A DNA stretch of 64,000 nt. It comes from Candidatus Ryanbacteria bacterium CG10_big_fil_rev_8_21_14_0_10_43_42 (GTDB lineage: Bacteria; Patescibacteriota; Minisyncoccia; Ryanbacterales; 2-02-FULL-48-12). Below the pieces are notes generated by a model. The model did no database searches. It had not been told where the DNA came from and saw nothing but the letters and a program-made list of their open reading frames with translations. Each line of letters begins with the position of its first letter. Position 1 is the stretch's first letter. A program made the position numbers and the translations under genes. Of this stretch, positions 27,360-35,535 are shown in pieces. The stretch is from contig PFEF01000003.1 in assembly GCA_002793915.1 (NCBI GenBank), positions 18,854-82,853 on the forward strand, read 5' to 3'.

Positions 27360-28133
27360 TCAACGCGAGCGAAGTGTATGACACAAGGACTGGTAATCTG
27401 CCTTAAACTGATCGCCGTGAATAACGAGATTGAAAAGACTCTCATACCAGTTCATGAGCAGCACGCCACGCTCAAAGTCTATTGACTTTTTGCAAGCGGA
27501 CAAAAAATCGATGGCAGTCGTTGAATCCACTCCATAGAATCGATCAAATGCCTCGAAGCATCCCTCAAGATTCGATGGAGGGATGACATAATCTGTTCTT
27601 AGCCTGCATGCTTGATATGTAAGCGCATTTCCTGGACCGTGTAGCAACTTGCTGACGAATATTCTTCCTTCTTCTCCGTTAAATGACCGTACGAGTTGGC
27701 GTCTACATATCGTTCTGTTGTCATGAAGTACATAGGCTGTAAGGTCAGCGAAGGAAAATCTGTGGACAGCGGTACTAATTGGTGTCACGCGGAAAACACC
27801 TTTGATGTCGCGACCGAAGACCAGTGATGGATTATATCGCGGATACCACAATGGAGAATTCCGATCAACAAACTCATCGACCGTGTGAGGCACCAGGTCT
27901 GTATCCTGGCCGGTCTTTTCCGTCAACGAGCGCCGTATGTCTCGCAATGTGCGATAATGCTCCGCATCCACGATACCGAAATTGCTCTCTACAATGACAG
28001 CAACATCCATATCTACGGATAGTTCGTTGTAGAGCCATGATCCATATATCCTAGCACTCGAGATGCAAGGTGCATTTTGCAGGACTTCTTGAACATTCTG
28101 AAGAATTAGTTCGCGTTCTTCATTCATTTTCAT
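27360..28133 (-). CDS. Pol-beta-superfamily nucleotidyltransferase with C-terminal helical domain (ANT/AadA-like minimal NTase architecture)
   Basis: hG[GS]x8-DhD motif (IYGSWLYNELSVDMDVAV). A candidate third acidic residue lies about 40 aa later (QDTDLV). About 150 aa of helical C-terminal domain. Strong GGAGGT SD 3-4 nt before the ATG. 63 nt upstream of, and co-directional with, the PHP gene. Confidence 0.55.
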   Translation of the reverse strand: MKMNEERELILQNVQEVLQNAPCISSARIYGSWLYNELSVDMDVAVIVESNFGIVDAEHYRTLRDIRRSLTEKTGQDTDLVPHTVDEFVDRNSPLWYPRYNPSLVFGRDIKGVFRVTPISTAVHRFSFADLTAYVLHDNRTICRRQLVRSFNGEEGRIFVSKLLHGPGNALTYQACRLRTDYVIPPSNLEGCFEAFDRFYGVDSTTAIDFLSACKKSIDFERGVLLMNWYESLFNLVIHGDQFKADYQSLCHTLRSR

Positions 28134-28271
28134 TACCTCCGTTTTGTGGTTGTAAATGTACTGCTTTGAGAAACCCGCTATGAATTTCTCACGGCGCTAC
28201 CGTAACACAATTTCTCACTTGATACAAAAGACCCTGCGTTAAAAATCCGCCGTGCATTCCTCATTGAATCC

Positions 28272-28288
28272 TGCCGCCCGCGCGTCAG
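28272..28288. repeat. GC-rich 17-18 bp motif TGCCGCCCGCGCGTCAG (left copy), embedded in an imperfect GC hairpin (CTGCCGCCC...GGCGGGCAG)
   Basis: Near-identical to 31113-31130. The two copies bracket the MTase-REase-Vsr cassette as imperfect direct repeats. Local GC is far above the surrounding sequence. Confidence 0.5.
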
Positions 28289-28518
28289 CGGAGGCGGGCA
28301 GCGGGGCGGGAGAGCGTACGATTTTGGTCAGAGCCACCACACGTTCCGCGCGGCACATTGTCAGCGATAGTATTGGTATAAAGCCAAAAAATTGCTAAAA
28401 TGTAGTTAGCGGAACATCCACAGGTCAAAACTAGCTGCTTTTTTCTGAAAAACCATATAGAATTAAGTTATGGGCGTTGGCCGTCCGGCGCGCCAAGCCC
28501 AAAATTAAGCTAATTTTT

Positions 28519-29535
28519 ATGAGCAATAAAACTTACAAAACTTTAGACCTGTTCGCCGGTATCGGAGGAATCCGAATGGGCTTTGAACGCGCCGGATTTG
28601 AAACAGTTTTTTCCAACGACTTTGACCCTTACTGCAAGCCAACCTACGATCTGAATTACAAAACGGCGCAGCTCGCTGTTGGCGACATTCAAAAGATAAA
28701 AAGTTCGTCTCTGCCTGCTTTTGATATTTTACTCGGCGGATTTCCTTGTCAGCCGTTTTCTGTTGCGGGTTACCGGCGCGGATTTCTTGATACAGGCAGA
28801 GGCGATTTATTTTTTGAAATTGTAAGGATTCTGCGGGACAAAAAGCCGTCCGCGTTTTTGCTTGAAAATGTAAAAAATCTAAAATCACACGACAAGGGCA
28901 AAACATTCAAAATTATTTCGGACGCGCTTGCCGACCTCGGCTATCATGTCAAAGTGAAAGTTCTAAACAGCATGGAATACGGGAATGTCCCGCAGAATCG
29001 CGAGCGTGTTTATATCGCCGGTTTCAAATCAAAAAAAGCGCATGATGTTTTTGAATTTCCGGAGCAAACACCGCTTACAAAAAGTATTTCCGATATTTTG
29101 GAGGAGTCGGTGGACAGTAAATATTACTACAACGACAGCACGCTTTATAAGCAACTCAAAGAAGCGATAAAATCACCGAATACAGTTTATCAATGGAGGC
29201 GAGCTTATGTGCGCGAGAATAAAAGCGGTGTTTGTCCGACACTTACCGCAAATATGGGAATGGGCGGACACAATGTTCCGCTTGTCAAAGATAAAAAAGG
29301 AATTCGGAAACTTACACCTCGGGAATGCGCGCGTTTGCAGGGCTTTCCCGAAAGTTATAAACTTCCGAAAGATTTGCCGGACACCAAGCTGTACAAACAG
29401 TTTGGTAATTCTGTCACGGTTTCCGTGGTAGAGAGGGTCGCAAGGCAGATGATGAAAGCCCTGCAAACAAACAATAATTATGTTTATAGAGAGCCAGTCA
29501 AAAGAACAACGAGAGTATTACGAACGGCTGCTTAA
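28519..29535 (+). CDS. DNA (cytosine-5)-methyltransferase (Dcm-type)
   Basis: Motif I LDLFAGIGGIRMGF, motif IV GGFPCQPFSVAG, motif VI ENVKNL, motif VIII/X region. Start set at the Met at 28519. The 3' end overlaps the next ORF by 56 nt. Confidence 0.9.
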   Translation: MSNKTYKTLDLFAGIGGIRMGFERAGFETVFSNDFDPYCKPTYDLNYKTAQLAVGDIQKIKSSSLPAFDILLGGFPCQPFSVAGYRRGFLDTGRGDLFFEIVRILRDKKPSAFLLENVKNLKSHDKGKTFKIISDALADLGYHVKVKVLNSMEYGNVPQNRERVYIAGFKSKKAHDVFEFPEQTPLTKSISDILEESVDSKYYYNDSTLYKQLKEAIKSPNTVYQWRRAYVRENKSGVCPTLTANMGMGGHNVPLVKDKKGIRKLTPRECARLQGFPESYKLPKDLPDTKLYKQFGNSVTVSVVERVARQMMKALQTNNNYVYREPVKRTTRVLRTAA

Positions 29536-30646
29536 AGCGGTCGGTTCACTCTCAAAATTATTTTCCGAAGCGCCGGAGCCGTATATTGCATACCGCGCAG
29601 CGGAAAATTTGTTTTGCAAGGCGTTTGAAGCCGAAAACCTTTCGCGTTCGGATGCTTCCGCTGATGCCTCAAAGAATAAAGTCGGTTTCGGAATAAAAAC
29701 ATTTTTGCACAAGAACGGAAAGTCGTTTGAAAAAATTGCCGAATTCAACAGCGACCACTCGCTTTTTCGCGCACTCGGCACCGAAGAAAAAATCAGAAAA
29801 ATTGCAGAGCTTAGAAATGAGCGCATAGAAACGACAAAGCGCATTTTCGGGCTTGAACAAATTATTTACCACTGTATAACGCGGCAGGTCGGAAAAATTC
29901 TTGTCTACGAAACTCCGGCTCCGCTAATTAAAATTGACGAAATAAAAGACCTGAAAGCGAACGGAAACACAATCCAGTTTTCCGACCCGTCCGCAGAGTA
30001 TTCTTTCAATGTTGCAAAAAGCACCCTGTATAAGCGGTTTATTACGCCCGAAAATGTGCTTCTTGAAGTTCCGGTTAGAATTCTTGAGGACCCGTTTGAC
30101 GAGATTGAAAAACTTATAACAGAAGCGGGACTAATTTTTGCTCCGATAAAAGTCCAGCCACATGTATTTCTTCCGCTGTATTCTACGCGGGGAGGAGATA
30201 AAAAGGTTCCTGAAAAAAGCGGACTTAATCAGTGGAACGCGAGTGGCCGTCCCCGCGATCCGAACGAGATTTATATTCCGATACCGGCATGGCTACACAG
30301 AAAATTTCCGAACTTCTTTCCTCCCCGCGACCAAGCATTTGAACTCACTTTGCCCGACAGGGCGACAATGAGCGCAAAAGTTTGCCAAGACAACAGCAAG
30401 GCGTTAATGAGCAATCCAAACTCTGCTCTGGGCAAATGGCTTTTGCGCGATGTTCTCAATCTTTCGGAGCGGGAACTGCTGACTTATGACAAACTTCAGG
30501 CAATCGGGCTTGATACTGTCGTTATCTACAAGACTGATAATCATACTTATGACATTGATTTTACGCGCATTGGGTCATACGAAAAGTTTTTGAATGAAAA
30601 CGGTGAATCCGGCGAGGAGGAAATCTCTGACGATGAGGAGGAATAA
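29480..30646 (+). CDS. putative type II restriction endonuclease (assigned by position between the C5-MTase and Vsr; catalytic motif not verified)
   Basis: 388-aa ORF with no recognisable enzymatic motif by eye. Acidic C-terminal tail (GESGEEEISDDEEE). Confidence 0.45.
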   Translation: MFIESQSKEQREYYERLLKAVGSLSKLFSEAPEPYIAYRAAENLFCKAFEAENLSRSDASADASKNKVGFGIKTFLHKNGKSFEKIAEFNSDHSLFRALGTEEKIRKIAELRNERIETTKRIFGLEQIIYHCITRQVGKILVYETPAPLIKIDEIKDLKANGNTIQFSDPSAEYSFNVAKSTLYKRFITPENVLLEVPVRILEDPFDEIEKLITEAGLIFAPIKVQPHVFLPLYSTRGGDKKVPEKSGLNQWNASGRPRDPNEIYIPIPAWLHRKFPNFFPPRDQAFELTLPDRATMSAKVCQDNSKALMSNPNSALGKWLLRDVLNLSERELLTYDKLQAIGLDTVVIYKTDNHTYDIDFTRIGSYEKFLNENGESGEEEISDDEEE

Positions 30647-30651
30647 TCGCT

Positions 30652-31050
30652 ATGGACAAAATAACGAGGGAACAACGGAGCCGAAATATGGCGGCTATTC
30701 GGAGCAGAGGAAATCAGACTACGGAAATTGCTTTTTCAAAACTGCTCCGAGCAAACAAAATTACAGGCTGGCGCAGACATAGCCGCCAAGTTTTCGGCGT
30801 TCCCGATTTTATTTTTCAGAAGGAAAAGGTGGCGATTTTTATAGACGGCTGCTTTTGGCACGGGTGTCCGCGGTGTAAAACACAACCAAAAACAAATACA
30901 AAGTATTGGAAACAAAAAATCGCCAACAATCAAAAAAGAGACAAGCAGGTCAAAAAACAACTTATTCGGGACGGGTGGAAAGTTTTTCGGTTTTGGGAGC
31001 ACGAGGTAAAAAAGAATCCGAATCGTGTTATGGACAAGATTGTTTTTTGA
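30652..31050 (+). CDS. vsr: very short patch repair endonuclease Vsr
   Basis: 132 aa. FIDGCFWHGC motif, conserved N-terminal TREQRSRNM and KLL...GWR regions of Vsr. Confidence 0.9.
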   Translation: MDKITREQRSRNMAAIRSRGNQTTEIAFSKLLRANKITGWRRHSRQVFGVPDFIFQKEKVAIFIDGCFWHGCPRCKTQPKTNTKYWKQKIANNQKRDKQVKKQLIRDGWKVFRFWEHEVKKNPNRVMDKIVF

Positions 31051-31112
31051 CCTTTCCGCCGCAAATTTAGGCGAACAGGCAAAAAGGAAGGGGATTGGGG
31101 GGAAGGAATTTT

Positions 31113-31130
31113 TGCCCGCCCGAGCGTCAG
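31113..31130. repeat. GC-rich motif TGCCCGCCCGAGCGTCAG (right copy of the direct repeat flanking the R-M/Vsr cassette)
   Basis: 17/18 identity with 28272-28288 after a 1-nt gap. Sits in a GC-rich patch (GGGGATTGGGGGGAAGG) just after the vsr stop. Confidence 0.5.
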
Positions 31131-31322
31131 ATTTCGTTTCTGCCACGCGAAGCGCGGCAATCGGTCAGATGTTTCGTTCAAAAAATGTTCGAGCAGAGTC
31201 GTATAATTCCACCAGATAGCCCCTCAAAAATCAAAAAGTTTTGTGTTGGTGTATTTATACAACCACGCTCGAACGCATTTTACCAAGAATTAAAAATACC
31301 CGTAAAAAATCCTTTACAAACC

Positions 31323-32723
31323 CTATGCGTTTTCCTGAGCATCAAGAAACACTCCCATCCTGTTCCATTTTTGCCACCTAAGCTCCGACTTGGTGACGAT
31401 TTTTTTTATGCTTTTTAAAAGGGCTTGGTACTCTACCAAATCCATAAAATAGAATAACAGCCACGCAGTTGGTGCCAACAACACCAGATTTCGATGAAAT
31501 TTTACCTTCGGATCAGAAATTATTTGAAGTACTATTACTCCCGTTAGCAGTGTAATGACAAATGCGAGTGGTACAAAGTCATTTGTATAAAACGTATATG
31601 TATAAAAGATTATGAGCAGAATACCCTCGCATAACAGTAAGAGTTCCGCAAAAAGAGCTATCGGAAGAATAAGAAAGCTTAAGTAAGATTTATGCGTCTT
31701 TCTTAAACTAAAAAAAAGACTTCGGTGTTTCCAAAATGTGAGCAACCGACCAAGCTTCCAACGAAGGCGTTGCTTACACAAACTCATAAAATCTGATGGT
31801 CCCTCAGTAAACACATACGCATCGGATGCGTAACGAACATGATACCCGAAAGCTTGTAATCGTGTAGAAATTTCAATATCTTCAGTAATCATATTTACAT
31901 CAAAATTACCGATTTCGGCGAACACGCTTTTTCTGTATGCGGCCGCGGCACCTCCAACTATATACACAGCGTTAAACAGTGAGTCTGCTCGTTTAAAATA
32001 AAAGCCGTAAAGATACTCGAGTTGTTGTATTAAACAAATTGGATTTGATCGATTACCAATGACAACGTTTCCAGCAACAGATGCAACGCGCATATCGGCA
32101 AAGTGTTTTACAATATTCTTAATGGCATTTTTATCCATAATGCTATCTGCATCAACGGTCATAACGATCTCATTAACTGCAACTTCGAGCGCTTTATTTA
32201 ATGCTCGTGCCTTGCCCCCATTTTTAATTTTCAGATAACGAATTTGTACCCCCGAATAAAGATTCTCTTTTTGACACTTGTTCAAAAAATCTGTCACTGT
32301 TTTGTGTGTATTGTCTGTTGATCCGTCATTTACCACCACAAGTTCCATCTTTGGATATTTTGTGTTTAATACGGACTTTATCGTCTTCATAATCCCAACC
32401 TCTTCATTCCATGCAGGAATTATAACCGAAACGCTTGGGAAAAAGTTTTCTTGCCTTCGTATCGATCTGGCGTGTTCAACTACAGAATAAAAAGGTGCTA
32501 TAAGTAACTGTATAAAATATTTTAGGATAATTGGGGCAAATAAAAGCAATACTAAAAATCGAATCGACTCAAACCCTTCAAGGGGTACAAAATCTTTTGA
32601 CCACGCAAAATAAAACACCAGTATTGTTGGTATATAAAGAAATAAAACAAACGACACAACAACTAAGGATTGTTTAAAATTACGGAAACTCATCATATAG
32701 CTTAAGTTACAAATATGACCCAT
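31323..32723 (-). CDS. processive family-2 glycosyltransferase (PgaC/IcaA/NodC-like polysaccharide synthase), membrane protein
   Basis: GT-A fold signature SVIIPAWNEE...VVNDGSTDNT, DAD (TVDADSIM), KQRLRWKLG (QxxRW). Transmembrane helices at both ends. 466 aa. Confidence 0.8.
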   Translation of the reverse strand: MGHICNLSYMMSFRNFKQSLVVVSFVLFLYIPTILVFYFAWSKDFVPLEGFESIRFLVLLLFAPIILKYFIQLLIAPFYSVVEHARSIRRQENFFPSVSVIIPAWNEEVGIMKTIKSVLNTKYPKMELVVVNDGSTDNTHKTVTDFLNKCQKENLYSGVQIRYLKIKNGGKARALNKALEVAVNEIVMTVDADSIMDKNAIKNIVKHFADMRVASVAGNVVIGNRSNPICLIQQLEYLYGFYFKRADSLFNAVYIVGGAAAAYRKSVFAEIGNFDVNMITEDIEISTRLQAFGYHVRYASDAYVFTEGPSDFMSLCKQRLRWKLGRLLTFWKHRSLFFSLRKTHKSYLSFLILPIALFAELLLLCEGILLIIFYTYTFYTNDFVPLAFVITLLTGVIVLQIISDPKVKFHRNLVLLAPTAWLLFYFMDLVEYQALLKSIKKIVTKSELRWQKWNRMGVFLDAQENA

Positions 32724-32936
32724 TTAATTACTTTTGTCAATAAATATTTATAAATCGCCGAATCAGATCTGGATTAAATAAGTGCAGGTTCCGGCTTCTT
32801 CTCTGCATCTTACCCGGACAATTTGTCGTTCAAATGTTTTTACGCATTCCATTAAACCAATTATATTCGTGTTTTTCAAGCATAAAATCCAACGATCTTA
32901 ACGATTGTATGAGTTTGACTCCCATCCGTAGCACAC

Positions 32937-32965
32937 TTTACAATACTATCTTCATATAGTATCAT
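32937..32965 (+). promoter_or_regulatory. putative promoter (TTTACA-17-TATCAT) with an embedded 7-bp-arm palindrome ATACTAT-n6-ATAGTAT (operator-like)
   Basis: The hexamers have ideal spacing 17-23 nt upstream of the small ORF at 32982. The palindrome occupies the spacer. Confidence 0.35.
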
Positions 32966-32981
32966 ACAAAAAATTGCCCCC

Positions 32982-33179
32982 ATGGAGGATGCGATGCAAC
33001 CAAAATCAGGGAACCGGAAAAGCGCATGTACTGCGCCTAAACATCCACGGCGTTTAATACGCCATTGGCCGGATAGGGCTCATAAGGTTAGGGTTCACGT
33101 CAGTAATCTACCCCCTGACCTTCGAGATGGCCAGCGTACGTTATGGAAGGAGAGATGCGGCGATGTTGTGTTTGTCTAA
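32982..33179 (+). CDS. small basic hypothetical protein (65 aa)
   Basis: ORF between the promoter/palindrome and the next small gene. An alternative start ATGCAACC is preceded by GGAGGA. Arg/Lys/His-rich. Coding status uncertain. Confidence 0.3.
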   Translation: MEDAMQPKSGNRKSACTAPKHPRRLIRHWPDRAHKVRVHVSNLPPDLRDGQRTLWKERCGDVVFV

Positions 33180-33203
33180 ATCATTTTAAGAAGGAGGAAA
33201 ATT

Positions 33204-33422
33204 GTGGCCGATAAAATGACGCGACGTCAAGTCATTCAGATGGCTTATGTTGCACCTCTCGTGCTGACTTTACCAGTAACCCCGTCATTTGCCATGACGG
33301 GGTCGGGGGCTCCCCATTCCCGGAGACGTCCCCACATAAACAGACCACGTATAACTGGGAGAAGGAATGTGACAAAAATAGTCACTCAATCACATCCCGG
33401 TAGCCGAGTAGACAGAGAGTAG
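33204..33422 (+). CDS. small protein (~70 aa) with twin-arginine-like N-terminal hydrophobic region
   Basis: Perfect AAGGAGG SD upstream. A rho-independent terminator abuts the stop. The peptide is MTRRQVIQMAYVAPLVLTLPVTPSFA|MTG... followed by a strongly basic 40-aa tail. Confidence 0.45.
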   Translation: MADKMTRRQVIQMAYVAPLVLTLPVTPSFAMTGSGAPHSRRRPHINRPRITGRRNVTKIVTQSHPGSRVDRE

Positions 33423-33448
33423 GACGTTCCCAGGAACGTCCTTTTTTA
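33421..33448 (+). terminator. rho-independent terminator (AGGACGTTCC-cag-GAACGTCCT + TTTTTT)
   Basis: 9-10 bp GC-containing stem plus T6 immediately after the small-gene stop. Abuts the folD stop codon (33446-33448), which lies inside its T-run. Confidence 0.6.
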
Positions 33449-34285
33449 TACGTTTATACCACACAATATAAGTAAATTTTTAAATACATTTGCAACCACA
33501 ATAGGTCCTACGCCGCCGGGCACGGGCGTTATGAGAGCGGCTTTCTTTTTTACCGAATCAAAATCCATATCCCCCCGTAACACTCCCTGCACCGGTGTTG
33601 TGCCTACATCAATGGCGCACACTCCTTCTTGTACCATATCTCCCGTAATAATCCCCGGAGATCCCGCACCTGTAACAATAATATCTGCATTTTTTGTGTA
33701 ATATATGCTGTCTTTCGTATACTTATTTATGGTTGTGATGGTGGCGCCTTCACGCAAAAACCATTCGCTAACCAATTTCCCCACCAGCATACCAGACCCT
33801 ACAACAACAACACGCTTGTCCCGCAATACATACGACGCATCATGGCGCAATAAAATTTCTTTTACCGCTCCCACTACGGGCGGCAGAATAATTGATGACC
33901 CCACATTAAAATCTCCAATGCTCCGGGCAGATAACATATCGACGTCTTTCTCCGGCGTAACAGCATTGAGTACTTTCTGTACGTTTCCTACACTATCCGC
34001 AAGAGGCAACTGTACAATAACGCCATTATTTTCCGGTACATGCACAAGTTCTGAAACGCGATCGCGCAAAGAACGTGCCGACATTGCATTCAGTACCTCA
34101 TCATACACCCGCACATCTACGCCTATTTTTTTGCCAAATTCCTCTTTTTTGCGCACAAATGTCTTTGTTGCCGGATCATGCGTCGTAAGAACAATAGCTA
34201 GTCGTAATTTTTTACGGGACATCTGAATCTTTTCCCGCAGAGTGTCCGCAATATCTGCCGATATTTTTTTGCCGTCAATTATCAT
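33446..34285 (-). CDS. folD: bifunctional methylenetetrahydrofolate dehydrogenase/cyclohydrolase FolD
   Basis: 279 aa. Conserved VVGSGMLVGK NADP-binding region and PVPGGVGP motif. Confidence 0.9.
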   Translation of the reverse strand: MIIDGKKISADIADTLREKIQMSRKKLRLAIVLTTHDPATKTFVRKKEEFGKKIGVDVRVYDEVLNAMSARSLRDRVSELVHVPENNGVIVQLPLADSVGNVQKVLNAVTPEKDVDMLSARSIGDFNVGSSIILPPVVGAVKEILLRHDASYVLRDKRVVVVGSGMLVGKLVSEWFLREGATITTINKYTKDSIYYTKNADIIVTGAGSPGIITGDMVQEGVCAIDVGTTPVQGVLRGDMDFDSVKKKAALITPVPGGVGPIVVANVFKNLLILCGINV

Positions 34286-34344
34286 AGCGTATTACCACCT
34301 TAACCTGTAGATGATTAATTTATATTTTCCCATACCTTTTTCCG

Positions 34345-35523
34345 TTATTGGGCACATTTCCGCACTTCAGCCAAAAGAATGTCGTCAATATTTTTTGCTA
34401 TTCGAATCATATCCTTTTCCCGCATTCCCTGGGTTGTGACGGCGGCCGTACCTAGCCGAATGCCGGAGGGATCAAACGGACTACGAACATCAAACGGTAT
34501 AGTATTTTTATTCACAATAATACCATTCTCCTCTAAGCAATTACTTGCCACTGCTCCCGGCACACCCCGAGACATTGTATCTACCAGCAATAAATGATTA
34601 TCCGTTCCTCCTGAAACAATACGCCATCCTCGCTTCTTTAATTCCCCCGCTAATACCTTTGCATTGGCAACTATATGACGAGCGTATGTTTGAAACGACA
34701 AACGCATAACCTCATGAAGCGCCACTGCAACGGCGGCAATTTGATTTTCATGCGGTCCTCCCTGAAGACCCGGAAATACAGCTTTGTCGATTTTTTTTGC
34801 GTATTCCCGACGTGAAAAAATAAGAGCACTGCGCGGTCCGCGGAGCGTCTTATGCGTTGTCGTTGTTACAACATCCGCGTAAGGAAAAGGCGTTGTATGA
34901 GCGCCCCCCGCAACAAGACCCGCAATATGCGACATATCTACCATCAAAAGCGCCCCGCATGCATCTGCCATAGCGCGGAATTTTTTCCAATCGATTTTGC
35001 GCGGATATGCCGTAAAGCCGGCTATAATAAGTTTTGGTTTTTCCTGTATTGCAATCTTTTGCAATGCATCATAATCCAAGCGTTCCGTTTTTTTATCCAC
35101 TCCATACGGCACCTGCTTCCATATTTTCCCCGTAATACTGACTGCCTGCCCATGCGTTAAATGTCCTCCCATGGGAAGCTCCATGCCCATAATCTTTTCT
35201 CCCGGAGGAACCAATGCCAGATATACCGCAAGATTTGCCGGAGACCCTGAATAAGGCTGTACATTTACCGTCCATTTTTCCGGATTCACCTTAAATGCCG
35301 CGAGTGCTCGCCTTTGGCACAGAACCTCAATATCATCAATAACAGCATTTCCCCCATAGTATCGCTTATGCGGATATCCTTCCGCATATTTATTATTCAG
35401 AACTGATCCAAGAGCTTCAAGCACGTCAGCAGACACATAATTTTCAGATGGAATAAGGTTGATAACGCCTTTTTGACGTTTTTCTTCCGCGTGTATTAAT
35501 TTTTGAATTTCTTTGTCTTTCAT
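34345..35523 (-). CDS. glyA: serine hydroxymethyltransferase
   Basis: 392 aa. PLP-lysine region TTTTHKTLRGPRSALI, the YSGSPANLAVYLA segment and the PMGGHLTHG stretch. Confidence 0.95.
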   Translation of the reverse strand: MKDKEIQKLIHAEEKRQKGVINLIPSENYVSADVLEALGSVLNNKYAEGYPHKRYYGGNAVIDDIEVLCQRRALAAFKVNPEKWTVNVQPYSGSPANLAVYLALVPPGEKIMGMELPMGGHLTHGQAVSITGKIWKQVPYGVDKKTERLDYDALQKIAIQEKPKLIIAGFTAYPRKIDWKKFRAMADACGALLMVDMSHIAGLVAGGAHTTPFPYADVVTTTTHKTLRGPRSALIFSRREYAKKIDKAVFPGLQGGPHENQIAAVAVALHEVMRLSFQTYARHIVANAKVLAGELKKRGWRIVSGGTDNHLLLVDTMSRGVPGAVASNCLEENGIIVNKNTIPFDVRSPFDPSGIRLGTAAVTTQGMREKDMIRIAKNIDDILLAEVRKCAQ

Positions 35524-35535
35524 AATGCATGATTA

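Noticed and set aside
26343-28476. Prophage or integrative element with integrase at tRNA-Leu
   Set aside because: No integrase, recombinase, or phage structural genes. No direct repeat of the tRNA-Leu 3' end found within the window. Only the short GC-rich repeats around the R-M cassette.
28517-28906. 129-aa minus-strand ORF inside the methyltransferase gene
   Set aside because: Antisense to a motif-complete C5-MTase; spurious.
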